A stretch of 64,000 nucleotides of DNA from a virus (IMGVR_UViG_3300013121_000024:32001-96000), one strand, 5' to 3'. Positions 21,019-30,919 are shown, counted from the first letter of the stretch. A program made the numbers and translations. The notes: generated by a model from the sequence alone, not told the origin.

Positions 21019-21870
21019 TCATACCTCAAATCTCTTTAGTTCGAACCTGGAATATATTGGTTCCATAGGATATCCTAATGGGTTACTAAGACATCTGGTA
21101 TTACCAATAATGACGTCCATTGGACTGTGTGTATGTCCCGAGATCCAATGTGTAATATTGTTCTTTTCAACCAACCAATTTACATAATCTGTATAATAAG
21201 CCGCATCCAATATACTTGGACCGTAACTGTTATTAAGTGCAAATTGTGTAATTGGATGATGTGTAATTACCACCATTTTACCAGTTTCGCCAGTTACCAT
21301 CTTGATATAATTCCAAGAAAACCTGTGCTCACCTACTGTAAAAAGTGGTGTAATACACGCCTGGGCATGTGCCAACCTATGGTTGTGCCTTTCTGTGTAT
21401 GTAAGCTCAATTGGATCCTTTAGTAATATCAGATTATAATCCATCATGCTACGTTCTGCATGGTACATTGCCAGTGGATTTTCATTATTAAAGGAAGTCC
21501 AAAGTGTGGATCCAACAAATGTAATATCACCGATTTTTACGGTATCATTATCTAATATTACCCAATTATCAGCATATTGGTTGACAAACCCGCGCATAAT
21601 TTCTTTTGTTTGTCCGAATAAACCGTGATAATGCTCATGGTTTCCCATAACAAACAATACCTTGTTATATCCTTTTGTGGACTCGATAAACTTTTTGGTC
21701 CTGGCCTGTACCTTTCTGCTAGATGCATCGGTCTTATTCTGTGTAAGACGATGTGGCAGGGTAATATCACCTGCAAGAACCAAAACATCACCAGAACCAA
21801 TACCACCTTTTATCCTGGGCGTTCCGAATTCTAGATGCAGGTCACTGCAATATGTTACATTAAGAGTCAT
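21019..21870 (-). CDS. Calcineurin-like metallophosphoesterase
   Basis: SDLHLE, LAGDI, GNHEHY, THHP, GHTH, NPLGY. Confidence 0.9.
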   Translation of the reverse strand: MTLNVTYCSDLHLEFGTPRIKGGIGSGDVLVLAGDITLPHRLTQNKTDASSRKVQARTKKFIESTKGYNKVLFVMGNHEHYHGLFGQTKEIMRGFVNQYADNWVILDNDTVKIGDITFVGSTLWTSFNNENPLAMYHAERSMMDYNLILLKDPIELTYTERHNHRLAHAQACITPLFTVGEHRFSWNYIKMVTGETGKMVVITHHPITQFALNNSYGPSILDAAYYTDYVNWLVEKNNITHWISGHTHSPMDVIIGNTRCLSNPLGYPMEPIYSRFELKRFEV

Positions 21871-22046
21871 AATTTGAGTACGGTAAACGAACCGTCCTTC
21901 CTGTCAATCGATCAATAGTTGTACGTCAATTTTACTACTACCTTCAGTTACAGAACACTTCTTGCATTCCTTCACATCTGGTGAATATACAGTTTTACAA
22001 ATAGGACATTGCCAACCAGATGGAGATTGGTCCTTTTTTTCTTCCA

Positions 22047-23084
22047 TTAAAAAACTCCTAGTTTATTTTTGGTTGCCGATATATCATCTCGATTAAAAAT
22101 TTTTCCAAGTGAATAATTAGTTTTTTTATCCAATGGAGGAAGATTATTATCCTCGACAACTTTATTGGCTTCATCAAAGGTCAAATTTCGAAAATCTACC
22201 ACATCAAAACATCTTCCTGGACGAATGATAGCATCATCAAATTTGGAAAGTTGTGTGATATTTGTGGTAAAAATGATCTTTTTGTTCGGCGCCTTAATCA
22301 AACCGTCGGATGCGTTAAGAAGTTTACTCATCACCCTGTTGCTATCATTTTCCCGTGATTTTAGGAAATCGTCCGCATCTTCGATAACAAGCAATGATGA
22401 ATTGTTACTAAACATCCAATTTATGAAAAAAGAATCCTTGAGGATCATACTTTCATCAAATGTAATTGTGGTCTTTAACCTACGTGTGTAAATAAGGTGT
22501 TTGATGAAACTGGTCTTTCCTCCCCCAGGAGGACCCATGAGAATAAGAACATTAGACTCTGAAGCCAGGTATCGATCAATAAAATTTTCAATTCCCCCTT
22601 TTATGTACGGATGATGACTATCATATACCTTTTTAACGGAGTTCAATTCCATGGGATATTCTGAACCACCATAAGAATTCGTGTTATACACCCATGTAAT
22701 GAGTGCATCACGTACCATTCCACCCTGATCTAGTTTTTTTACAATGTGTTCGATTATCTCTTTAGAACCATTCATCTCAATGGTTATCAGATCATTGTCG
22801 TCAATATACACATGAATAAAAACTACAGGGTTGTACATGATGGTGTGATTTGCTGAGAACGCTTCCAGGGTTTTTCCATATGGTTCACAGGAATTCAAAA
22901 ATTCAATTACATCATCCGACCGTGAATTCTTCAATTCTATACGCCTGAAAAAGAGATTTCCCTGATATCCGGCAATAAATTCTGCCTTTCTAATCCACAC
23001 AAAATCCTGGTCACGTTCTACGTTTATCCGTGCTCCTACACCCATAAACGGTTTTGGAATTGAAAATTTATTATTTTGCCACAT
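22047..23084 (-). CDS. AAA+ ATPase
   Basis: GPPGGGKT, LVIEDAD, LLNASDG, FTTN, RPGR. Confidence 0.85.
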   Translation of the reverse strand: MWQNNKFSIPKPFMGVGARINVERDQDFVWIRKAEFIAGYQGNLFFRRIELKNSRSDDVIEFLNSCEPYGKTLEAFSANHTIMYNPVVFIHVYIDDNDLITIEMNGSKEIIEHIVKKLDQGGMVRDALITWVYNTNSYGGSEYPMELNSVKKVYDSHHPYIKGGIENFIDRYLASESNVLILMGPPGGGKTSFIKHLIYTRRLKTTITFDESMILKDSFFINWMFSNNSSLLVIEDADDFLKSRENDSNRVMSKLLNASDGLIKAPNKKIIFTTNITQLSKFDDAIIRPGRCFDVVDFRNLTFDEANKVVEDNNLPPLDKKTNYSLGKIFNRDDISATKNKLGVF

Positions 23085-23116
23085 GATGAAAAAGTCCCTT
23101 AAATCAATTTGTTTGA

Positions 23117-23947
23117 TCAGACCAATTTATTCAGTGCCACTGGTCCATAATAAGTAACATACTTCAAATCCAATTCTTTAATATTCCGTTCAACGGCACG
23201 TTTTTTGGTTCCTCCGACATATTCAACCATAAGAACAAGTTTATTTTCTTTCGTAAAACGATTTAGGTTTTCGATGGCATATTGTGAGTCTTCCTTAGAC
23301 ACCTTTGTGCCATCATTCTCATAAAAGGTGTTTTCTTTTCCGATACCATCAACTGCCGCAAGGTATTCTGGAATTTCAGCCATCTCCTCGGCATTTTGAG
23401 GAATTACCAAGAAATTGGGGTTTTTGTTTTTTACATATTCACTAACACTTATGATATATTTGGACATTAGAAATTTCAGTTCTTCACTACCACCTAGGTC
23501 CTGGTAAGCATCCACTTTATCAATATAAATGCCATCAAATCCGGCGGATAATACCCTGTCCAATATAGCCTTTGTTATATCTTGCCAGTCTGGGTGCCAC
23601 CAATCCTTGATGGTATAATTACCAGGCCAATCTGGATTAGATTTTCCAAGCCACTTAGGTTGGTTCTTTTTCCAATTATTATTCCAATACCATCGATAGT
23701 CCTCGGCTTCTCCAAGAGAAATATATGCAATAATTAATTTCCTCTTACCAGAAGGACTTTCCTTCATATGATCCACATCGGACTTAGAAAAAGGCTCCCC
23801 ATTACTGTCATCCGTGTCGGTAACTATTAAATCATACTCGGAATTATAGATTTTTTCTACTACAGGTCCGTTAATATAGTAACCCCACGAATTCACCTGT
23901 GGTCGTTTGGAATTAAACCTTAATATATTCAAAATTTTATTAAACAT
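23117..23947 (-). CDS. GH114/PelA-like endo-alpha-1,4-galactosaminidase family protein
   Basis: AYISLGEAEDYRWYW, NPDWPGNY, GFDGIYIDKVDAY, IPQNA, GKE. Confidence 0.8.
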   Translation of the reverse strand: MFNKILNILRFNSKRPQVNSWGYYINGPVVEKIYNSEYDLIVTDTDDSNGEPFSKSDVDHMKESPSGKRKLIIAYISLGEAEDYRWYWNNNWKKNQPKWLGKSNPDWPGNYTIKDWWHPDWQDITKAILDRVLSAGFDGIYIDKVDAYQDLGGSEELKFLMSKYIISVSEYVKNKNPNFLVIPQNAEEMAEIPEYLAAVDGIGKENTFYENDGTKVSKEDSQYAIENLNRFTKENKLVLMVEYVGGTKKRAVERNIKELDLKYVTYYGPVALNKLV

Positions 23948-24418
23948 GTGGAGTCCCTTTTTCTTGTTGTTATATGGACACTATATAGTTACTTTTTAGA
24001 CTTTAATTTCCTGGCTTTTCTCTTTGAACTTCCAACTTTCCGGCGACCTTTGCGGGGACGATTTTTACGTTCATGCATTCTTGTCACTCCTTCTTTTTAT
24101 AATTCTTCTCTGACTTCTTTTTTCAGGGCCAGTTTAACACGATGCCGAGCCGCTGTTTTCCCGTGGTTAAAGTTGCTTTTTCCAGAATTATGCTTGCTAT
24201 AGCGACCCTGACAACACGGGCATCGCCGCAATATTTTGAATTCACCATGCAGAGGTTTCATATTTCTATTTCCTAGCATTAAATAACAACTGATTTAATA
24301 CTAACCATATCATGGTCTGTTGGTATAGGCAAACCACCAAAAATGGCAACGGATACAACGGCATGCAATTTCTCCCTATGATATTATCATGGTATTATTT
24401 AGGAGAAATTGATGTTCC

Positions 24419-25033
24419 TCACGTATTGAGTATCGGATTTAGATCACAAGGTGTGTAAAATGGGCCTTTGAGTATTTTTCCATCTTCCCTATAGATAGGC
24501 CGGCCATCTTCGCCCAGTTTGGACATATTTGACCTGTGCACTTCTGCGAAACATTTTTCAAGATCAATCCGTTCTTGATTTGTGTAAATAAAGCATTTAC
24601 GAATCATTGTTTCTAAAGGAAGGCGTAATGCAACTGGATCTTGTATTCCATTTATTTGTTGGTCCTGTATTTCTTTATGTAAATTTTCATTACAATTAAG
24701 GAGGTCGGTAAAAAATCCAACATCACTAAAATATATCATATTGTGTGTGAAGCTATTAGGCAATACTCTTAAAGGTATACCAAAAGCAATTCCAAATCCA
24801 TAAAGAACGTATAGTAAATCACAAATTTCTTTTACCAATTCAGGCCGGCCTTCATTTAATCCAGCTTTAATTACTTCCAATAGTTCTTCATTAATAAGCC
24901 GGACTCTTAATCCCATCAATTCAGGATTATTTAAGTCCGGCCTGTCAAAATCACCAATATCTGAATTAAATACTTTTTGGAATTCCATGACGGAATTCCA
25001 AAATATATTATTCGGCAATTCAAGATTTTTCAT
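24419..25033 (-). CDS. MazG-like/PRA-PH NTP pyrophosphohydrolase
   Basis: LINEELLE, KEICDLLYVLYG, EVHRSNMSK, REDGKILKGP. Confidence 0.85.
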   Translation of the reverse strand: MKNLELPNNIFWNSVMEFQKVFNSDIGDFDRPDLNNPELMGLRVRLINEELLEVIKAGLNEGRPELVKEICDLLYVLYGFGIAFGIPLRVLPNSFTHNMIYFSDVGFFTDLLNCNENLHKEIQDQQINGIQDPVALRLPLETMIRKCFIYTNQERIDLEKCFAEVHRSNMSKLGEDGRPIYREDGKILKGPFYTPCDLNPILNT

Positions 25034-25186
25034 TAATTAATATGTACCTCTCAAATTTTTGAAGGTGAACAGACGACAACATATTACACTACTAGCCGCA
25101 GCCAATCCAATCACGGATGCTATAACTGGCACCAGTGCAATGATCATAATGACAATCTGTTGCATGTGATTATCCTTTTTTTAGAA

Positions 25187-25261
25187 TGGAGCTCTAGTCC
25201 GGTTACGATCCGGAGTCTCCTCCTTACCAAGGAGGTATCTTAGCCATTGGACCACAAGAGC
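25187..25261 (-). tRNA. tRNA-Thr(GGU)
   Basis: Cloverleaf, loop TTGGTAA, encoded CCA; atypical T-loop. Confidence 0.8.
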
Positions 25262-25263
25262 AA

Positions 25264-25337
25264 TGGAACGGAATCCGGGTACTGCCCCCGAGCTTGAAGT
25301 GTGGCACACTCCCGTACTGCTATTATACTAATTCCGC
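25264..25337 (-). tRNA. tRNA-Gly(GCC)
   Basis: GCGGAAT acceptor, loop GTGCCAC, U73, CCA. Confidence 0.75.
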
Positions 25338-25338
25338 A

Positions 25339-25415
25339 TGGAGATTCCAGCAGGATTTGAACCCGCAACCCTCTGGTTCGAAGCCAGATACTCTATCCGG
25401 TTGAGCTATGGAACC
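25339..25415 (-). tRNA. tRNA-Arg(UCG)
   Basis: Loop CTTCGAA, CCA. Confidence 0.9.
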
Positions 25416-25468
25416 ATGTTAGTTATTTATATAATGTGCCAGTGAGTACCAGCACTATATATTCCTAA

Positions 25469-25544
25469 TGGCGGCGCTAGGGGGACTCGAACCCCCATGA
25501 TCCCTTACGGTATCATGTTTAGGAGACATGGCCGATATAGCGCT
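25469..25544 (-). tRNA. D-armless tRNA-like RNA, CCU anticodon, long variable arm
   Basis: AGCGCTA/TAGCGCC-G-CCA acceptor, canonical T-arm, CATGT-CTCCTAA-ACATG; only 7 nt where the D-arm should be. Confidence 0.65.
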
Positions 25545-25561
25545 ATAACTAAAAATCAATA

Positions 25562-25639
25562 TGGCGCTCCTGACAGGACTCGAACCTGTATCTATCCATT
25601 ATGCACCAGTCGCTTAGAAGGCGCGGCCAATACAGGAGC
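25562..25639 (-). tRNA. D-armless tRNA-like RNA, UCU anticodon
   Basis: GCTCCTG/CAGGAGC-G-CCA, T-arm GGTTCGAGTCC, loop CTTCTAA, no D-arm, long variable region. Confidence 0.65.
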
Positions 25640-25643
25640 AAAT

Positions 25644-25735
25644 TGGTAGGCGTCCAGGGATTTGAACCCTGCCGTGAACGGTAATCTGCCGCTAAAGAGT
25701 TTATAAATCTCTCCTGCGCACCAGCGCCGACGCCC
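25644..25735 (-). tRNA. Atypical tRNA with UAU anticodon and long variable arm
   Basis: GGGCGTC/GACGCCT-A-CCA, loop TTTATAA, short D-arm. Confidence 0.65.
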
Positions 25736-25744
25736 ATGTTCTAT

Positions 25745-26203
25745 TTATTTAGACTCATTCTTTAACAAAGAGTCTGTGTAATTGTGTAATTCATCTTGCA
25801 ACTCACCGGAAAGAATATCAAAATCACGTTCAGAAAGAGCCTTCATATCCCCAATGGTAGCTTCGAGCGTGGTAATATAATCCTCTTGCGACGATGTTTT
25901 AGTCTTTAGTATATCTATAACATTTTCAAGTATAGAAAGAGCATTTAGTGCACCCCTGGCATTGAATAGGTCATACGCACTGGCTTGCCGTGAAACAGAT
26001 TCACGTTTTGCTTCATCGATGGTTAATTTACCCTCAGCCTCTAACCTTTTAAACGCAGAACTGAAAGGCCGAGATACCGGCATCATTAAAACTAACAAGG
26101 CGCGGATACCATCCATGCCGTACGGCATAGCCGTCTCTGCGTTGGTTGAGGTGTTGGTTTCAGTGTCCAAGTTTTCTGCGTTCATAATAAACTCTCCATG
26201 CAT
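25745..26203 (-). CDS. Hypothetical protein
   Basis: ORF with GGAG upstream of MNAE. Confidence 0.5.
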   Translation of the reverse strand: MHGEFIMNAENLDTETNTSTNAETAMPYGMDGIRALLVLMMPVSRPFSSAFKRLEAEGKLTIDEAKRESVSRQASAYDLFNARGALNALSILENVIDILKTKTSSQEDYITTLEATIGDMKALSERDFDILSGELQDELHNYTDSLLKNESK

Positions 26204-26303
26204 TAGGACTAAATTATAGTATTTTCATTCACTTAGTTTTTTTACTGTAATATATTTGTGCTACCCTGTCAACCAGTAATTTTCGTCAAGTCTTTCAATG
26301 AGA

Positions 26304-26394
26304 TGGCGGAGGGCATCGTTCCCGCCACGAAGGCCAAATTAGAAGGCCCGCAACGCTTTCCAGGCGTGCCCGGGTCTCACCCGGTTTACCCTCC
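26304..26394 (-). tRNA. tRNA-Ser(GGA)
   Basis: Loop CTGGAAA, long V-arm, G73-CCA; atypical T-loop. Confidence 0.75.
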
Positions 26395-26405
26395 ACAAAC
26401 AAGAA

Positions 26406-26496
26406 TGGAGGAAAAGTGGTGGTCTCGATCCCCAGTCCCGCAAAGGACCCAATCGCTTTCGAGGCGATGCCGGCGCGCCTGTCCGGTTACTTTTCC
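26406..26496 (-). tRNA. tRNA-Ser(CGA)
   Basis: Loop CTCGAAA, long V-arm, CCA. Confidence 0.8.
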
Positions 26497-26921
26497 ATTA
26501 TTTTTTGTTCAGGATGTTCAGGAATTCCAATTTTCATCCTGAACAAAATCTTTAAAGGTGGAATTCTTCATTGATGGAGTTCGCATACTCCACCAATCTC
26601 TTCCATCTTGATTAAGGAAATATTCAAAATTGGCTTCCGGATTCATAGAATTTTCAATTTGACGACACGTATATAAAAACATCTGTTGTAGTTCTATTAA
26701 TTGAACACAAACATCCTTATATTTATCATCTAAGGAACGCTCTATTCTTAGAGTTTCTTTGACCATTTCTTAATTCCTTACATTTAGAAAAATATCTCGT
26801 ATAAAATTAGTCCTATCCCCACACAAAAACACAGTCCAAGAATACCCATTAATACAAGAAATACCATATCAATATACAGCATCGGCGTCACCAACATAAT
26901 TTAGTCTACTATTTCTAAAAT

Positions 26922-26999
26922 TGGTACCTACAATGGGATTTGAACCCATACTATTTCCCCCCTCAAAGGAACGTCTCCTACCAGTTGGACTATGTAGGC
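26922..26999 (-). tRNA. tRNA-Leu(GAG), short variable loop
   Basis: Loop TTGAGGG, A73-CCA. Confidence 0.8.
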
Positions 27000-27007
27000 A
27001 TTTATTT

Positions 27008-27085
27008 TGGTGTCCGGAGAGGGATTCGAACCCTCAGATTCTCTTGCTTCTGAGGCAAGCGACTTTGCCGTTTGTCCACCCGGAC
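27008..27085 (-). tRNA. tRNA-Leu(CAG), short variable loop
   Basis: Loop CTCAGAA, A73-CCA. Confidence 0.85.
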
Positions 27086-27099
27086 TCTTTTTTTCTCAA

Positions 27100-27175
27100 T
27101 GGAGGGATCGGTGGGAATCAAACCCACATAAAACAGTTTTGCAGACTGCGCTATAATCACTCTAGCCACGATCCC
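27100..27175 (-). tRNA. tRNA-Cys(GCA)
   Basis: Loop CTGCAAA, U73-CCA. Confidence 0.85.
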
Positions 27176-27182
27176 GTTAATT

Positions 27183-27257
27183 TGGTCTAAACCGCGCGAG
27201 TCGAACGCGCACCTCTCACGCCCCAAACGTGATGGACTACCATTATCCCACGTTTAG
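27183..27257 (-). tRNA. tRNA-Pro(UGG)
   Basis: Loop TTTGGGG, CCA. Confidence 0.85.
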
Positions 27258-27286
27258 AATAGTCTTTATTTTTTCTCCTTCTAAGA

Positions 27287-27363
27287 TGGTCCGCGGCGCC
27301 GGATTCGAACCGACGATCTCCTGTTCCCGAAACAGGCGGATTACCTGCCTTTCCTAGCCGCGG
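27287..27363 (-). tRNA. tRNA-Pro(CGG)
   Basis: Loop TTCGGGA, CCA. Confidence 0.85.
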
Positions 27364-27595
27364 CTATATTATGAAGCTTGCCAATGATGGCCAATTTCTG
27401 CCACCAATTGAGCTTATGGTTCTTTTTAATATACAACTTCATTTGTTTGATGGTATATTTAGCATCAAACAAATTTGTGGAAAGAAATATTCTACGTTGT
27501 TTTTCTTTTTTTAGTTCAGCCTGTAATTTTGCATTTTCTTCCTGTAAAGAAATAAAAAGTTGTCTGAGACTTCCTCTCATGTTTACCTTCTGAAT

Positions 27596-27683
27596 TGGAG
27601 GATCCGGTCGGACTCGAACCGACGGTGAGCTTTCGCTACCAGATTAAGAGTCTGGTGCCCTCGCCACTAGGCTAGACGGATCC
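27596..27683 (-). tRNA. tRNA-Lys(CUU) with long variable arm
   Basis: Loop CTCTTAA followed by an AGCGAAAGCT hairpin, CCA. Confidence 0.8.
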
Positions 27684-27692
27684 GTTTTTTAA

Positions 27693-27995
27693 CTATTTAG
27701 AACGTTTAAACTCCTCATACAAGCAATCTGCCTGATAAAGTGTTGCCAATAGATTAAGCCGATCAACGGGGTTCATAGAATGAACCTTCCATTGAGGAGG
27801 CCTTACACCATCATGAGACAAACGTTCTATTTCCATTGCTACCGGCATAGAAGTATCTTCACCACCGAGGTCATGGTCAAAGGAAATAATAGAAACCATG
27901 CCCGTTTTCAACACCAAAAGTGCATCATGGGAAGTTTTGGCCCAATGCCAAGAACCATCCGGTGGAGTCCTAATATCATCTATCCATAACTTCAT
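27693..27995 (-). CDS. Cyclic-phosphate-processing receiver-domain protein
   Basis: MKLWIDDIR.PP...ISFDHDLG...VHSMNPV. Confidence 0.8.
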   Translation of the reverse strand: MKLWIDDIRTPPDGSWHWAKTSHDALLVLKTGMVSIISFDHDLGGEDTSMPVAMEIERLSHDGVRPPQWKVHSMNPVDRLNLLATLYQADCLYEEFKRSK

Positions 27996-28024
27996 TGCAC
28001 ATCTCTATCTTCATCATATTGTTA

Positions 28025-28053
28025 ACTATACCAGCATAAGGTTGGTATGTCAA
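28025..28053 (-). promoter_or_regulatory. Sigma70-like early promoter
   Basis: TTGACA-N17-TATAGT. Confidence 0.7.
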
Positions 28054-28273
28054 TAACAAAAATCATAGAAATATCAATTTGTTAAGTACTATATTGTTTC
28101 CACATTGGATATATCACATCCGTGGCGCCTTACACCAAATAACTTATCCAGGAAGTATCCTATTGGACCCACCCGTTTAGCACACAACGGACACTGATCA
28201 GGAACGACTACGGGAGCCCGCAGGTGCAGGCACCCGATATCAGTAACCACCCTTCGTTTGATAAACCACATGA

Positions 28274-28744
28274 CTAGGCAGCCAACAGGTGGTCAGCGGC
28301 ATGTGTAGCAGCCCAAGCAGCCGGTTTTATCTCCGGACTAATGTCACATGTACCTTTGATATAACCGATGGCCTGTTGTACAACCTCGTTAGAGGCATAC
28401 CGCGGATTCGGATTGATATCCAGGTGCAGTTGGACTTCCCGATTAATTAGAACGTCATAGAGTGATAGATACATTTCCGACACTTTGTAACATTCTTGCA
28501 TCAATCGGTAATTCGGCTTTGGTTTACGGCCTGTAGCATAATCCTTTTCGGTTGTGATTTCATGAAAAATCTTACAACCATTCTTACCATTTATATGCAC
28601 AACGACAACGAGGCAATAATCGGCTACCCATTCACCATACTTCTTATATCTTTGGCTATCACAACCAATGTAAACCTTGGATTCCGGGCTTTGCTTATCG
28701 ATAAAAGATTTCACTTCTTCTAAGTCTAATTTTTTCCGTGCCAT
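28274..28744 (-). CDS. RNase H-like YkuK (DUF458) protein
   Basis: VYIGCDSQ...RLMQE...HLDIN...SN......GY...IKP.AWAATHAAD. Confidence 0.85.
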   Translation of the reverse strand: MARKKLDLEEVKSFIDKQSPESKVYIGCDSQRYKKYGEWVADYCLVVVVHINGKNGCKIFHEITTEKDYATGRKPKPNYRLMQECYKVSEMYLSLYDVLINREVQLHLDINPNPRYASNEVVQQAIGYIKGTCDISPEIKPAAWAATHAADHLLAA

Positions 28745-28778
28745 ATCAATTCACCCTGTTTTTTGCCTTTCTTTAGTG

Positions 28779-29609
28779 CTAGTTTGATTTTGGATCCCTA
28801 TCAGCGGTTCTGATAGTCCAAAAATCATTACATAACTCTGGATTATTTATGTGTTTATACTGCATATAATAGTATCCTTTATCACCACTCTCAAGTCCCC
28901 AAGAATTACGTACAATAAAGACTTTCTTAGTATCATCATATCCGACTAATAATACAGCATGACCACCCAAGGACTCATCATTATTCACATTTGGATAAGG
29001 CACATAACCACCATTAGAATCGGCCTCATAGAAAGAACTATATACGCTAAAACCAAATACTACCAGGTGGCCAGCGGCAAGGCAAGATTTAATATCTTCA
29101 AGCCTTTCATTGTGGATACGATAATAATCAGCAATTCTGTTGCGCAAGGCCACGTTGTATAGAGCACGCGGAGGCTGTTCGAATATCTTTTCTTCCTGGA
29201 ATGGCCATGAATCTTCAGATACATAACCATCATTAGAAAGAGTCTTAATCACATCACGGATTTCAGCTCCATTATCGAATTCCACACTATTCTCTATAAC
29301 TCGGGTATTATAATACATGAATAATCTTGAAGGTGCCATGTCAGGCATCTTGTGTATTCTACGCCCAAATTGTAATAAAGGACTTATAGCCTGTGCCGTA
29401 CAAGAGGAAGTTTCACCTTGATCGAAAATGATAGGCATATTCTTACCACGGTGATCGACTATTTTTGGTAGTGTTCTTTTTCTGTCTGCTGCTAATTTGT
29501 GTTCATGATATTTACGATCGCGAAAATCTGGACGGTCTCTTAACCAACCAAAATTGGTTGGTTTGTGTATGGTTTTTCCCATATTGTTATCTCCTGAATG
29601 TATATTCAA
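28779..29609 (-). CDS. C1 (papain) family cysteine peptidase
   Basis: DQG.TSSCTA, SRLFMYYN, GGHAVLLVGYDD, RNSWG...GDKGY. Confidence 0.9.
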   Translation of the reverse strand: MNIHSGDNNMGKTIHKPTNFGWLRDRPDFRDRKYHEHKLAADRKRTLPKIVDHRGKNMPIIFDQGETSSCTAQAISPLLQFGRRIHKMPDMAPSRLFMYYNTRVIENSVEFDNGAEIRDVIKTLSNDGYVSEDSWPFQEEKIFEQPPRALYNVALRNRIADYYRIHNERLEDIKSCLAAGHLVVFGFSVYSSFYEADSNGGYVPYPNVNNDESLGGHAVLLVGYDDTKKVFIVRNSWGLESGDKGYYYMQYKHINNPELCNDFWTIRTADRDPKSN

Positions 29610-29744
29610 TTACAGGAGTTATTTATTATGAATCACATCTTATTCGATTTAAATTTTAATACCCGATTGAACGATCTAGTTGACAACCAAATAAATGTTT
29701 GAGTAAAGGCTTACACCCACCGGTGATATATCTTTGGCGATAGT

Positions 29745-30870
29745 CCAGTAAACGACCGAGTAAACGGCCGAATATTCGAAATTGTTATCCACTATACCTC
29801 ATTATCTAACAGCCCAGGAAACGGTCGAGTAAACGGCTGAGCCAACGGCTGAGCCAACGGCCGAGTAAACGGCCGAGCTAACGGCCGAGTAAACAGTCGA
29901 ACGAACGACCGAGCCAACGTCCCAGTCAACGGCCGAGCTAACGGCCGAGTTAACGGCTGCGTAAACGGCCGAGGAAACGTCTGAACAAACGGCCGAATAT
30001 TTGAAATTGTTATCCACTATACCTCATGATCTAACAGTCGAGTTAACGGCTGAGTTAATGGCCGAGCCAACGGCTGAATTGAGGGCCCGGTAAACGGATG
30101 AGAAAACGGCCGAGTCAACGGCCGAGCGAACGGCCAAGCTAACGGCCGAGTCAACGGCCGAGTAAACGGCCGAGCGAACGGTCCAGTAAACGGCCGAGTC
30201 AACGGCCGAGTCAAGGGCCGAGTAAACGGCCGAGTCAACGGCCGAGTCAAGGGCCGAGCCAACGGCCGAGTAAACGGCTGAGCTAACGGCCGAGTCAACG
30301 GCCGAATATTTGAAATTGTTATCCACTTATACCTCATGATCTAACGGCCGAGTCAACGGCCGAGCGAACGGCCAAGCTAACGGCCGAGTCAACGGCCGAG
30401 CGAACGGCCAAGCTAACGGCCGAGTCAACGGCCGAGTAAACGGCTGAGCTAACGGCCGAGTCAACGGCCGAGTAAACGGCTGAGCTAACGGCCGAGTCAA
30501 CGGCCGAGTAAACGGCTGAGCTAACGGCTAAGTTAACGGCCGAATATTCGAAATTGTTATCCACTTATACCTCATGATCTAACGGCCGAGATAACGGCCG
30601 AACGAACGGTTAAGGCAACAGCCGAGCCGACGGAGGCACCGGCGGCCGAGCGAACGACCGAGCCAACGACCGAGGCAACGGCCGAGTCAACGGCTGAGTA
30701 AACGGCTGAGCTAACGGCCGAGTCAACGGTAGAGTAAACAGCCGAGTAAACAGCCGAGTCAACGGCCGAGTAAACGGCTGAGCTAACGGCTAAGTTAACG
30801 GCCGAATATTCGAAATTGTTATCCACTTATACCTCATGATCTAACAGTCGAGGAAACGGTCGAGGCCTCA
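29745..30870 (-). repeat. Tandem array 2 of xSAV-repeat small genes (4 full units plus degenerate end units)
   Basis: ORFs 30572-30826, 30334-30564, 30024-30326, 29802-30017, each MDNNF(E/K)YSAV...; near-identical linker GTTAGATCATGAGGTATAAGTGGATAACAATTTC between units. Confidence 0.9.
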
Positions 30871-30919
30871 CACTTCAGTGGAACTCAGTAGTTCTCCCAG
30901 TAAATGGTCTGAATATTTT

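Noticed and set aside
25469-25544. Amber suppressor tRNA (CUA) and stop-codon recoding
   Set aside because: The 7-nt loop CTCCTAA centres on CCU; core genes translate intact with the standard code and some end in TAG
25549-27226. ORFs 25549-25737, 26258-26542, 26921-27190, 27002-27226 (also 41362-41782)
   Set aside because: They overlap tRNA genes and show no protein features
30017-30337. RPLT-repeat ORFs (also 11270-11479)
   Set aside because: Alternate-frame by-products of the 12-nt repeat; the RBS is positioned for the xSAV frame
29745-30870. CRISPR array (constant linker with variable intervening sequence)
   Set aside because: Intervening segments are 170-270 bp of internal 12-nt repeats with intact ORFs, the linker is an RBS/start module, and no cas genes are present
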